A stretch of DNA of 64,000 bases from NCBI GenBank assembly GCA_032718475.1, contig JAUCBJ010007436.1, positions 15,126 through 79,125 of the forward strand. The letters run 5' to 3'. The translations under genes and the position numbers were made by a program. Source of the DNA: Nemertoderma westbladi (Eukaryota; Animalia; Xenacoelomorpha). Positions 48,947 through 59,447 of this stretch are shown one piece after another; within the stretch, counting starts at the first letter, position 1, and every line of letters starts with the position of its first letter. The notes below the pieces were generated by a model. It saw only the letters and a program-made list of their open reading frames with translations, ran no database searches and had not been told where the DNA came from.

Positions 48947-49035
48947 TTAATACAACTAACTTAACTTAAGATGCTTATTGATGTCTTCACTTTCTTTATG
49001 AAACTTAATTTGAATATTATTTTCCTTAATTTCAG

Positions 49036-49193
49036 TTCGAGACTTTTCGCGAACTAATAGACTTAGTGACTTGGATGTGAGCGGCCGTAGATCGGTTCGT
49101 GTTGACCAGGCCGTCGAAGATCTCGTTGTCGATGTCCTGAGAGCGAAACAGAAGAAGAAGCGAAAGAAGAAGGCCCCCACTGTAAAGTGTTAA
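49036..49193 (+). CDS. Divergent Rab/Ras-like GTPase, last exon
   Basis: TTTCAG acceptor, phase fits; DVSGR (G5-like), VDQAVEDLV helix, KQKKKRKKK polybasic tail, ends TVKC-stop. Confidence 0.78.
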
Positions 49194-49209
49194 AGGTCTG
49201 AAAGATACT

Positions 49210-49497
49210 GAAATAAACTAAAGTAAAGTGAAATAAACTAAAGTAAAGTGAAATAAACTAAAGTAAAGTGAAATAAACTAAAGTAAAGTGAAATAAACTA
49301 AAGTAAAGTGAAATAAACTAAAGTAAAGTGAAATAAACTAAAGTAAAGTGAAATAAACTAAAGTAAAGTGAAATAAACTAAAGTAAAGTGAAATAAACTA
49401 AAGTAAAGTGAAATAAACTAAAGTAAAGTGAAATAAACTAAAGTAAAGTGAAATAAACTAAAGTAAAGTGAAATAAACTAAAGTAAAGTGAAATAAA
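49210..49497. repeat. 20-bp tandem repeat (~14 copies) each containing AATAAA
   Basis: (AAATAAACTAAAGTAAAGTG)n beginning ~16 nt after the stop codon. Confidence 0.97.
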
Positions 49498-50699
49498 TTG
49501 AAGAATTGAATTCAAATAACTTGTATTAATATAAAATAAATGGAATAATTAAATAGTATTTATATTACTACATGTTTCAGATGTGCTACTACTATTTATA
49601 GTTGTTGTCTTATGCTTGAGGACCCAGTAAGGGATCAGTACTAGTGTCAAAGTAGGCCTACTATGTTTCGCTAAAAAAACCAAGCGGAAACTTTATTACA
49701 TTTCCAGTTTAGCGAAATCATTATTTTCAAGTGTTTTTTAGAGGAAACTTCAACACACGCAGACAGAATATCTGTCGATAAGAAAATGAGTAAAGAGAAA
49801 AGTATTATTTTCCGTTACGTTTATATCGAATAAGGTTAGGTATAATGTTTAATTAAAAAATATAACACTATATAAAAATGTAACCTTAGATTTCTGTGGC
49901 AAAATCTTGGAAAGTATAGATTCCTATTCTGTAGGGTAGACGTGGCCTTTTCAAGTTGTAGATCATAAAATCTATTTTTTGATGTGATTGTACAGCTTCG
50001 TGAACTGGGAACTGTATCCAACGATGTATCATAATCTATAGTGCGGATGACAAGTACCGGTGAAATCAGACTTTACCAAAATAATTTCAAGCCAATATCA
50101 ATGTGCACAAACAAACATACAGACAAACATATGTTTTTTTGACAGCAAGAAGTCCTAACGGTCTTCTAATTAACTAATCTGTTTTTTTCACTATTGTTAT
50201 ACCTACTATTGTTACTGATTATGCTATCTTATGGCCTACTGCACACGTTTGTAGAAGGACATGTGCTGCTATCTGTATACACTGCATATCAATGACAAAA
50301 TGAACATGGGTATAGTGACGTCACGCCACCAATCACACATCGTTTTGATAAATTCAATTAATATTATTTTAAACTAAAAAACCGATATCTCGGCTATTAT
50401 AGCCTTTCTGCAAGCAAAAAGCCAATTGTGGGGTGTCGTTTCAGCCTTCTCATAGGGTTAATGTTAAATTAATATTGAAAAATTAAAGCCTTGAAAAACA
50501 TTTTACTGTAAACTGTGTTCCTAAATTTAGTTTATTGTTTTGGTTAGAAAAGCCTACAATTATAACCTGCTACTTTCCTTTACAAGATCCCTTAAATGGT
50601 GAATATCGAATTTAAACATTCGCGAAATTAAGTTAATATGTTAAAATAGGCTGAATCGACAACCTAGTTAATTGGTAATATGTTAACTGTAAACGACAT

Positions 50700-51700
50700 T
50701 GTGGGGCGAGCCACGAAAGTAAGCGAGCTTAACAAACGGGTATCACTAACTCAATCGGTGTGTCCGTCGTTCTGTTGTTTTGTTGTTCTGTTGTTCTGTC
50801 GTTCTGTTGTTCTGTTGTGTTCTATTTTAAACGTTAATAACTCAACCAAATGTTAATGAAATCTTTCCAAACTTGGTACACATGTAGTCTGGCAAAAGTT
50901 TAGAAATTTTCTAAGTTGAATTTCCGTGTGGCCTTTCAACCTGTCTCTTAAAGGATATTAATTAGTTTCTAGTATACGATTTAAATAATTATACTTAAAA
51001 ATTATACAACCCCCTACCATTGAAATTTCGCTAAAAATTCATTAGAATACTAAACCGAGAATATAATTGATGGTAGGAAACTGATGATAACTGGATAACA
51101 ATAACTATATACAGCATAACAAGCAGGATATATCTTTTAGTTTTTCAACACCTATACTATTTAAACAGGAGTCGCCGGTTTTGTTAAGAATATATTTCAA
51201 TGACTTTCCCCGAGTCTATTCGCACCTCAGAGTGAATTGCCATAAGCGCTAGCCCATTTATGCGATCCTGGCCGATGACTGAGTGCGCGAGTCTTCAATC
51301 GCTTCATTGCACTGAAACTGCGTTCAGCCTCCGCATTGGAGACGGGGACAGTCCCAAGGAGCTTTAGAAGGATGGCTACATTTGGAAGCAGTTTATCAAG
51401 TGCTCAGCCAAATCCTCTTCTTTCTTTGACTTATCATTACGGCCGAACCACCGTTACAGCTCAGCCCAGACAATGACTTCGTCATCCAAGTCGTCCGCGT
51501 TAAAAATCAGATGAAAGCTGAATTTGAGGTCAGAGCTGAATCAGCTGAATTTTCCCTCTCTTTGATTTACTGGCGTTTGAAATTTCTTAGATACCGAGTT
51601 TGTGATACAGTAGAATCGCTCAATATTAATCTGTATCTCATAACTGAGCCCAGTGCTGCGCGAAGGCCCCACGAACGTCGTGTTTCTGTGATATAGAATA
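50700..51700 (+). mobile_element. Non-autonomous Helentron/DINE-1-like element, copy 3
   Basis: 5' TGTGGGGCGAGCCACGAAAG, (GTTCTGTT)n-type microsatellite ~50765-50820, 3' GTGCTGCGCGAAGGCCCCAC and CACGA-ACG-TCGTG hairpin. Confidence 0.7.
51170..51600 (-). pseudogene. hAT transposase C-terminal dimerisation-domain fragment
   Basis: Minus strand reads LPNVAILLKLLGTVPVSNAEAERSFSAMKRLKT, then after a frameshift IGQDRINGLALMAIH; in-frame stops upstream. Confidence 0.85.
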
Positions 51701-52792
51701 CTGATATAGAAGGCTGCAGTGAATAAATAGCAGATACAGCAAATGAATAATAATGTATTTCTAACAGTATCTTCATACATGAACGGCTGCAAACTGCTTG
51801 GAATATCGGAAACGCCGTTTGTTTCTTTCTATAGTCACACCTCTTTCTTCCCACAGAGAGTAATCTGAAATCAGCTGGCTGTCACTGTTTAGTGGTTGGT
51901 TTGTTGGTTGTTGTTACTATAGTGTCTTATGTTTTACTAGAGACGGCGTCAAGACGCCGTTAAGCAAGTCGGAAGTCATCAATCAAATATAAATTCCCTC
52001 AACAATGTTTACCTATGGTCAGAATGGAAGGGCTATTTACCTATGGTCAGAGAGAGATCCCACTCTGTAATTTGGCAATTGCTCAAATTCATTCAGTTGA
52101 ATGGCACAGTAGAGTGAACTAAACTAAATTCCCTCAACAATGTTTGGCTATGGTCTGAAAGAACTAACAGTCATTCAGCTTGCACAATGTCAATCACCTA
52201 CAGTATAAAACATTTAGAATGCCACAGTGTGTATCCTGATACAGATAATAAGCAGTGATATATATATTTCAAACTATAATGTTAGTGTTAGCCTTACACA
52301 GTATCAGTATGAGGCTGAGTAAACATTCCACCTTATAAGCATACTGCCTCCACAGAATTAATGTTGGCCAAAAGATTTAAAAATAAAACAATTATTATTA
52401 TAAATACAGTGCAATCCAATAGTACCCAACACACTGTGTAACTAACAGTCAATCAGCTTACACGTCAATTAACATAGAAGAGAGAGTAACCTTGTAGATC
52501 GCCATAGAAAGCATTGGGAAGAGTTATTCAGCTGAGGCTGTAATAGCCGCCTAACCCAGTGAATGATTATAAAGTTGGCACTGTATGTACTTCCTTGTTA
52601 GGTGGCTCCCTATAGAATAGCAAACCAACCAGTTGATGTTTGTTTGCACAGAGTGGTTGGTAGGGCCTAAACAAACAGTATGGGTGTACTAAGTATAATA
52701 CTCTTGGCAACCTCATCGATTTAATACTAAGCCTTGTGTAGAATTGCATTACATAAGCCATTTTTCATCAGGACACCAGCTGTCATGGGTGT

Positions 52793-53052
52793 TATTTTAC
52801 CATTGCGCCTATGGCGTTTTTTTCGTTTATCTCTATTTTTCGAGCCCAGAGGCTATGGACGGAGTAGCCGATCATGCCAGGGACCTTAGAATCGCGGTAT
52901 CTAGATGCTGTGAAAATTTCATCAAAATCGTTAGAGTAGTTTTGGCTGTAGATCAGCCAGCCAGCCAGCCAGCCAGTCAGCCAGCCAGCCAGCCAGTCAG
53001 TCAGTCAACAATTCTTACAGTAATCAAGTCTAACGACTTGCTAATGAGTAAG
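52793..53052 (-). mobile_element. Short DINE-like element with (CAGC/CAGT)n microsatellite
   Basis: CAAGTC-TAAC-GACTTG hairpin near one end, adjacent tetranucleotide repeat 52954-53007, AAATTTCATCAAAATCG motif. Confidence 0.5.
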
Positions 53053-53638
53053 TGCTTAATTTGTGGGGGAACACCATCCAAAGGGGAGGCGTTACGCGTC
53101 AATATTATACGATGCGCATATAACCGGGATATTTCATGCAGTTTGGTAGTATTTTTTATATAATTATAAAGTATAATAAATTATCGTGTTTCTACAATAA
53201 CACATTGTTTTATACGATACGAAGTAATACAGATATAAAAATATATTGGTTTAAAAGTAACATCACGTTACATTATCACTATACCAAATCACAGTGAGCA
53301 AAATTAAATCGTTATAATTATTATTATGATATTTTAACTATACAGTTAATCTTACCGGTAATAAAATATAATTTATTTATTATTTATTTTTTAATATTTA
53401 TTATATTGCAGGTATTTATCTTTTTTTTTCGCATCTGCTTGACGCGTCCGCGTTGGTTGGCGCTCCTTGTTGAACTTATCTATTTTTATTTTGTGTCAAT
53501 TATTAAATATATGAGATAATATTATATTTTATTGTCTACATGTTTTTAACACCCATGAGATTGTATAAATTATTAAGTAATTTAAACAGGACTTAGTATG
53601 ATCCATCTCTATAGCAAATGGAGCGGAAAAAATGAATT

Positions 53639-53708
53639 CGCCACCAGCGGGGATCGAACCTGCGTCTCTCGATAAACGTTCAGGTATGCTAATTCGCCAT
53701 CCGCTGGT
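53639..53708 (-). mobile_element. tRNA-like SINE head fragment
   Basis: Minus strand CCAGCGG...GCAGGTTCGATCCCCGCTGG with B box; a similar B-box fragment lies at ~10080-10125. Confidence 0.45.
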
Positions 53709-53811
53709 TGTGACGGGATCCAGGGAGGATCCCGGTTTATCCGGTTTGTTAATTCACGCGTCCCCGCCGTGTGTGAAGAGTGAAAGGGTTTACGTTGTTT
53801 GTCGCGTATAA

Positions 53812-54245
53812 TGTTCAGGTATAAGATAGATATAGATATAGGTGATATGATGTCGTACACGGAAGGCGGGAAACGGTAATTAAAGTCCCGGTCCTTCCCT
53901 AGCTAAACTAACTAACCTAACTAGCACCAATATGATACTGAGATAACTGAGTAAAATGATTACTGCCAACTGGCTATATTGCACGGGTTGGCCTTGTTAC
54001 TCTACCTAATCGATGCCTTTCCCCCCTCTGATTGGTTGATACCCTTGTTGGCGCCCTTTGGAGTGTTCCCGTTCACTCCACCTGTTCTCTCTCTGTTAGG
54101 GGTTTGGCCCCTGACCCTCATTGTGTGTTTCTCCTTCCCATTTTGTTGGGGTGACACGAGTGATTGATTATCCAATTTCGTGGCCCCCAATATTGCTTAT
54201 CGGCTTACTTTAGGGTTTGGGTTAGCGGGATTGAATAAGCTAACA
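53812..54245 (-). repeat. Putative 3' LTR of BEL element (~434 bp)
   Basis: Begins TGTT immediately after PPT and ends at a candidate AACA (53812-53815); distal end unconfirmed because the 5' LTR is outside the window. Confidence 0.6.
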
Positions 54246-54952
54246 CTCCCCCCCATGCTATCTTCCCGGTGAGAAGATAGCATCCACCTAAAGTGCGCTA
54301 CAATCCCGCTGGATCCCGATCTAGTATCGGGTGTGGGGTGGAATTCTTTTCTCTCGGAGCTGGCTTTCCAGGCCGCTCCCTATGGGTATGATAACGCTAC
54401 CCTGTATGCCTGGCGTCCCATGTCGGGCCGATCGTGCTCACCTCTCACGCGACTTTTGTTTCCCCAACACTTTCGCCCTATCTCTTCTCCACTCTCACCC
54501 TAACTCTCGCATACCCTCGGACCTCCTCGTCCCTCACTCAGCCTCTTATTCCTCCCCCTCCACACTAGAATTGCATCCGCACTCTCTCCGCACTTCGCAC
54601 TATCACTCCGTCCCTCTTTGGCTACCTCATCCCTTCTGACGAGTCTCACCCCCCCCTCCCTTGTGCCGTCGCACTCAAGAAGTGTGAAATCGTCTGGTGT
54701 CTCGTCCATAGTGCCATAGTCAGTTAGCCCCCCAGTCCCAGTAGCTAATTGAGAAAGGTTGTATGACTATAGTACTTACTTCGAACATATATTTTATTGC
54801 TAAACTACTGATTACTACGTACGTACATATAATTGCACTTATTTATTATTTTGCATCAGTTTAATTTGTACTTAATAGTTCGTACGTCCCACGCGGCGCC
54901 TTCCAGGCGTACCACGTCCAAGTCTCAGTTTCTCTCCCCCGGCCCTGGGAAC

Positions 54953-57499
54953 CTATTTGTCCCTCCGGAGATAGTTCCCTCTGGCGTCCTCTTCCCTGGG
55001 TCGTTTCTTGGTTACTACCGCTCCTCTGGGATCCGCTTTCTGCCTTCGGACTTTCGCCGCCACCTCCCTACTGATTCCGGTTGTTGGCTCCTTGGGCGCT
55101 GGTGTTATTAGTGCCCGATATCGCTTCGCCGGTGGCCCCTCAGAGTGGCCCTGTTGTCTCCCTCTGGTGGCGTCCCATAGGATCATCTTCATTGCTCGCG
55201 GCACGTGCTCCGCCAAGAAATCCCTAAACTCCCCTCGGTTCTGTGGCGTCCACCTGTCCAAATATCTTTGTGTATTCATCACTCCGGCATACGACGCCGC
55301 CGTTGCTACCTCTTGATAGGTAAACGGTAGCCTCCGCTTTATGATTTCCATGTGAGCCTCCTGATTGATAAGGAAGAAACCCCACTTGAACTCCTGGGCC
55401 TTCATGCGCTGGCGCGTCATGGCCCCGACGTCGGCCCACTCCTCGAATCTTCTGAACTTCTCTTCGTCGTCCATCCAGTCGCACTGGCGTCCGTAGTGTC
55501 CCCGAAAGTTGCACTTCGGACATCGGTTATGCAACCGTGGACACGCCCCCATCCTGTGGCTCGACTCGCGGCAGTAGAGACAAAAGGTTCCCTTTTGGAA
55601 CCGGTACAAGCAGCTCCTTTCCTGGTGGGTCTGTCTCCCACAGTAGTCGCAACCGAGTACCAATGTCTCCCGCCCCACGTCGTCTTTCGTCCCAAGCGAT
55701 CTCCGCGGTCTGTGGAGTCGCTGGTAGGCGAACTTCTGCACGTTGGTGTCCCTGTCTACGTCGATCTCTCCGCCCCTCTCGGGCATCGTCTCCCCGAATA
55801 CTACCCGTGGTGCCGTCCCCGGTTGCTCGCCCAACCTGATAGTGCTCCCCGCGAAATCCATCGCCGGCTCCTCGTGCACCCAGGTCCGCTTGCCGGATCT
55901 GTCCCAGAAGGCCCTCGCCCCACTGGCCGTCACCACCCTCCCGCCAACCCAGTCCGTGTCCGAGTGGCCAATCCTCTCGATGGGCGGCACCCCTCCGAAC
56001 TCGTCGTCGTCCTCCTCCTCCTCTGGCAGTGGCTCCAACCCCGGTATCCCGATGGATCCACTATGTCCCTTCCCGCCTTGGCTCTCGCCCGTAGCTCTCC
56101 ATCCCTCTAGCTCCCTTAACTTCCTTGGCGGTTGGTCGCCTTCGGCGCCCGCTGGTATGGGCATCGCTTGCAACCCCGACGTCGACTGTTTCGGCGATCC
56201 CACCGTCCATCCCAATTCTCGCCCTAGAGACTCCCCCGAACTCCCTGATGAAGTCCAACGAAGTTCGTCTAAGCCTGCCTGTTCCTCGAAGCCGTAACTC
56301 TGCGTCCTGGCCTCCTCTTCCCTCTCCTCTGCTTCTATCCTCTCCCGTCTAGCGACTTCTTCCAGTCGCTTTGCTTCTCGTCTATCCGTCTCTAGCTGCT
56401 CCCATCTCTGATACGGCGTATCTGTCTCCCCGTCTATCAGATGTCGGCTGTTGTAGTACACCGACTCGCCCTTCAGCCCCGGGTGGTCTACCAGACCGTC
56501 GAAGGCCATTTTAAAGGCTCTCCTGTAGCTTAGGGGTGATCCCGATAACAGAAATGCCGCTGGTTCCCTCTCGATAACCACGGTCATGAATAAGTTAAGC
56601 AAACTTATCATCATCCAATCTTCCTGCAGGATATATCGCTTCTGATATACCTTTATCGCTCCTCTGCGGAATTGATATACCTCTTGCTTTCCCGGTCTCG
56701 CTCCCCACTTTAGCGAGTTCGCTAGTTCTGCTCCGTATTCTTCCCTGAACTTCCCCCAGTCCATCGGTTTGTGGCATACGAGCCCCAATAGTTGGCCCAT
56801 TGCCACCGCCCCGCATTGGCCTGTGTTCCCGACTACCCCCAACCCATCCGGTGCCGTCATAGCCATGAAGACCTTCTGCATATCCAGGAGGTTGGTGGCG
56901 TCCGGACCGATGATTCTCTCCGCGTCCTCGCGAATCGCCGATCCCACTTTCGTCGTCGACTTCTCTCTTACCAAGACTTGCACCGCTTTCGGCAACCGGT
57001 TTAATTTCGGCCCGTCCTTCTTCCCATACGTTCCTAGATCGAATAAGAAAATGTCCCCATTTGGCGCGGCCAAATGTAGGAGTATGGTCCTGGCCGACCC
57101 CGCTGATCCTCGTCTCGAACCCTCCTCGTCTTCCACGGTTCCCTCGTCGTCTAGGATCATATATCCTCCCCTGTTGACGGACTCTATGAATCTCTTCCAA
57201 TCCTTCCTCGGTGATTCCCTCGGGTACTTCGGAATCCCGAACTTCGCCTCGTCCCCTTTCACCACGTAGTGGAAGTGTTGGAAGATCGCGTTGTCCAGCG
57301 ACGGCGTCCCGTAGGTCCCGACCAGCCGCTGTTCGTGCATCTCCCGGAAGTGATCCTGCAGCGCTCGTGCCGCGTGACCCCTTTCCAACCTCTCGTAGTA
57401 TCCTCTCGTCTTCTCTTCCGGATGCCTCTCGGTGAAATCCACCAGTATCTCCTTTCCTCCTGACTCCGCCTTTCTCTTTCTGATCAATTTGCTCGCCAT
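54953..57499 (-). CDS. Accessory ORF3 of BEL element: DEDDy-like 3'-5' exonuclease domain + three CCHC zinc knuckles (848 aa from ATG)
   Basis: ILDDEG (ExoI), LLHLAAPNGDIFLFDL...LP, TKVGSAIREDAERI (ExoII), NLLDMQ, QKRYILQED (ExoIII); CDYCGRQTHQERSC, CLYCRESSHRMGAC, CPKCNFRGHYGRQC; lies between integrase and PPT. Confidence 0.78.
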   Translation of the reverse strand: MASKLIRKRKAESGGKEILVDFTERHPEEKTRGYYERLERGHAARALQDHFREMHEQRLVGTYGTPSLDNAIFQHFHYVVKGDEAKFGIPKYPRESPRKDWKRFIESVNRGGYMILDDEGTVEDEEGSRRGSAGSARTILLHLAAPNGDIFLFDLGTYGKKDGPKLNRLPKAVQVLVREKSTTKVGSAIREDAERIIGPDATNLLDMQKVFMAMTAPDGLGVVGNTGQCGAVAMGQLLGLVCHKPMDWGKFREEYGAELANSLKWGARPGKQEVYQFRRGAIKVYQKRYILQEDWMMISLLNLFMTVVIEREPAAFLLSGSPLSYRRAFKMAFDGLVDHPGLKGESVYYNSRHLIDGETDTPYQRWEQLETDRREAKRLEEVARRERIEAEEREEEARTQSYGFEEQAGLDELRWTSSGSSGESLGRELGWTVGSPKQSTSGLQAMPIPAGAEGDQPPRKLRELEGWRATGESQGGKGHSGSIGIPGLEPLPEEEEDDDEFGGVPPIERIGHSDTDWVGGRVVTASGARAFWDRSGKRTWVHEEPAMDFAGSTIRLGEQPGTAPRVVFGETMPERGGEIDVDRDTNVQKFAYQRLHRPRRSLGTKDDVGRETLVLGCDYCGRQTHQERSCLYRFQKGTFCLYCRESSHRMGACPRLHNRCPKCNFRGHYGRQCDWMDDEEKFRRFEEWADVGAMTRQRMKAQEFKWGFFLINQEAHMEIIKRRLPFTYQEVATAASYAGVMNTQRYLDRWTPQNRGEFRDFLAEHVPRAMKMILWDATRGRQQGHSEGPPAKRYRALITPAPKEPTTGISREVAAKVRRQKADPRGAVVTKKRPREEDARGNYLRRDK

Positions 57500-57989
57500 T
57501 CCGAACACTCACTCGCTCACCTGTAAGGTGGTGCCTTACCAAGGCGCAATACAGATGAGTGATGTATCTAAGATGTTCTGTACGGTCCGATAATGGCCTA
57601 TTCCTTACTCAACTGCGCCTTTTAGCCTAAATTATTACTAATTAATTCTGAAGCTAGTAAATACACCCTAATTTCAATTTCTGTCAGTTACTTTTATTAT
57701 GTTCCAGAATAACTTTCCTAATGTTGCCATAATTTGTAACTTTCAGCCCTATTCTATTTATTTCAGTTTAATTTTTAATTCTACTGTCCTACTACTTACT
57801 ATTGCCTATGGATTATTCTATTCTCTAATCCACATTCTGGCCTACTCTGTGGGCCTGTGCAGTACAGCAGTATGCGTCGCGTGGCCACACGATTTACCCA
57901 GCTGTACTCATATGCCCCCCTCTCGCTACTAACTGCTAACTAATATCTATATCTTATATATACCCTTCTACCTCTATCTCTATCTCTTA

Positions 57990-58262
57990 CTAACTAGTAC
58001 TACGTACTTTCTAACTAACTCTTGCTCCCTTTAGCTAACTAGCGGTACTACTCTCTCTCTAGCGGTACTACTGACTCTTACTCTCTCTCTAACTAACGGT
58101 ACCACGTACCCTCTAACTCTTACTCTCTCTCTAACTAACGGTACCACGTACCCTCTAACTCTCTGACTAACTGACGGTACTACGTACCTCCTAACTAACT
58201 AACTAACTGACGGTACTACGTACCTTCTTACTGACTAACTTCTGCCTACTAACTGCGTACCT
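57990..58262. repeat. Low-complexity imperfect repeats between integrase and ORF3
   Basis: Recurrent CTAACTAAC and GGTAC(T/C)ACGTAC modules. Confidence 0.7.
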
Positions 58263-58384
58263 ACTATGTGCTATTATTTTATTTTTATTTTATTTTTCAA
58301 TTTTTTGTGTGGGAAGGGCGTCTCGCCCTCAATCCCACCCCCCTCAGTCCAAAACTTGGACTACTAAACTCTTCTCCAACTCCA

Positions 58385-59447
58385 CTAAGGTGCCCCTTCT
58401 AACAGACAGCATTTCCCTACAGCTCTCCTGTAGGTTTTTCTGTCTTTCGCACCTATCTTACCACCTATCCGCACTTCTACCGATTGGACTCTTCCGTCCT
58501 CGTCAGAGTAAGTGCCTACAACTCTCGCCAACCGCCATTGGTTGTTGATGATAGTATCATCCGTAACGATTACGAGATCTCCCTCTCTTAACTCCCTATT
58601 CGGCTTCCTCCACTTGCTTCTTTTATGGAGCGTGGGTAGGTATTCTTCTACCCACTTCCTCCAATACTCTGTGCTTATTGCTTTAGCGACTTTCCAACTT
58701 TGGCGGGAGTGTATGTCGTCTGGATCTACACCCCGCATATCGATGGTCGCTGGCCTTTCCATTAGAAAATGACTAGGCATCAGCACGTCTAGTGACTCAG
58801 GGTCATCATTCTCCGGATATAGCGGTCTGCTATTAATGATACCCTCACACTTCGCTAGTACTGTTCTCAAGACATCCTCTGTGACCATGTGGGTGTTCAT
58901 CAGCTTCGTCATAAGACGTTTTGAGCTGCCCACCAGTCTCTCGATGCATCCTAGCATATGTGGTGCATACGGCGTCCTTCTCTCCCACTTTACTTGTCGT
59001 CGCCTCATGGCTGCCCTGACTTCCTCCCCTTCTAAGATGTCCAAGGCCTCTGCCATCTCGTTCTCTGCGCCCACAAAGTTTGTGCCGTTGTCGCTGTATA
59101 TCACTGCGATCGTCCCACCTTTGCGGTCTCTAAACCTTTCTAAGGCATTAATGAATGCTGATGCGGTTGCATCTTGGGCGAGTTCTATCCCTACCGCCCG
59201 CGTGTTGTCACATACGAAGATGATACCGTAGCGTTTCTCCGTGTGCCGCATCACCTTGATCTTTATCGGCCCGAACATGTCCACACCGCAATGCGTAAAT
59301 GGCGGGTCGTGCTGTCTTACTCTACTCGCCGGTAGCGGCGCCATCTCCTGTATGGCTCGCTCCTTCTTCGCTCGTCGGCAGGTCTGGCACTGCCCCACTA
59401 CCGCTTTTACCTTCTTCCTCAACTGTTTGACCCAAAAGGTCCTCCTT
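58385..59447 (-). CDS. BEL integrase (frameshifted from RT/RH frame)
   Basis: CQTC, GVDMFGP, SDNGTNFVGA, ERLVGSSK, INSRPL, WVEEYLPTL, WRLARV; BEL-type C-terminus. Confidence 0.9.

Noticed and set aside
45561-48964. MVRWVYVT-repeat ORFs
   Set aside because: Artefacts of a 24-bp unit lacking stops in one frame; frame shifts wherever a 23-bp unit occurs; intronic.
56595-57542. 315-aa Arg/Gly-rich ORF overlapping ORF3 in another frame
   Set aside because: Non-ATG start, no recognisable motif, explained by purine-rich codon usage of ORF3; revisit only if conserved in other copies.
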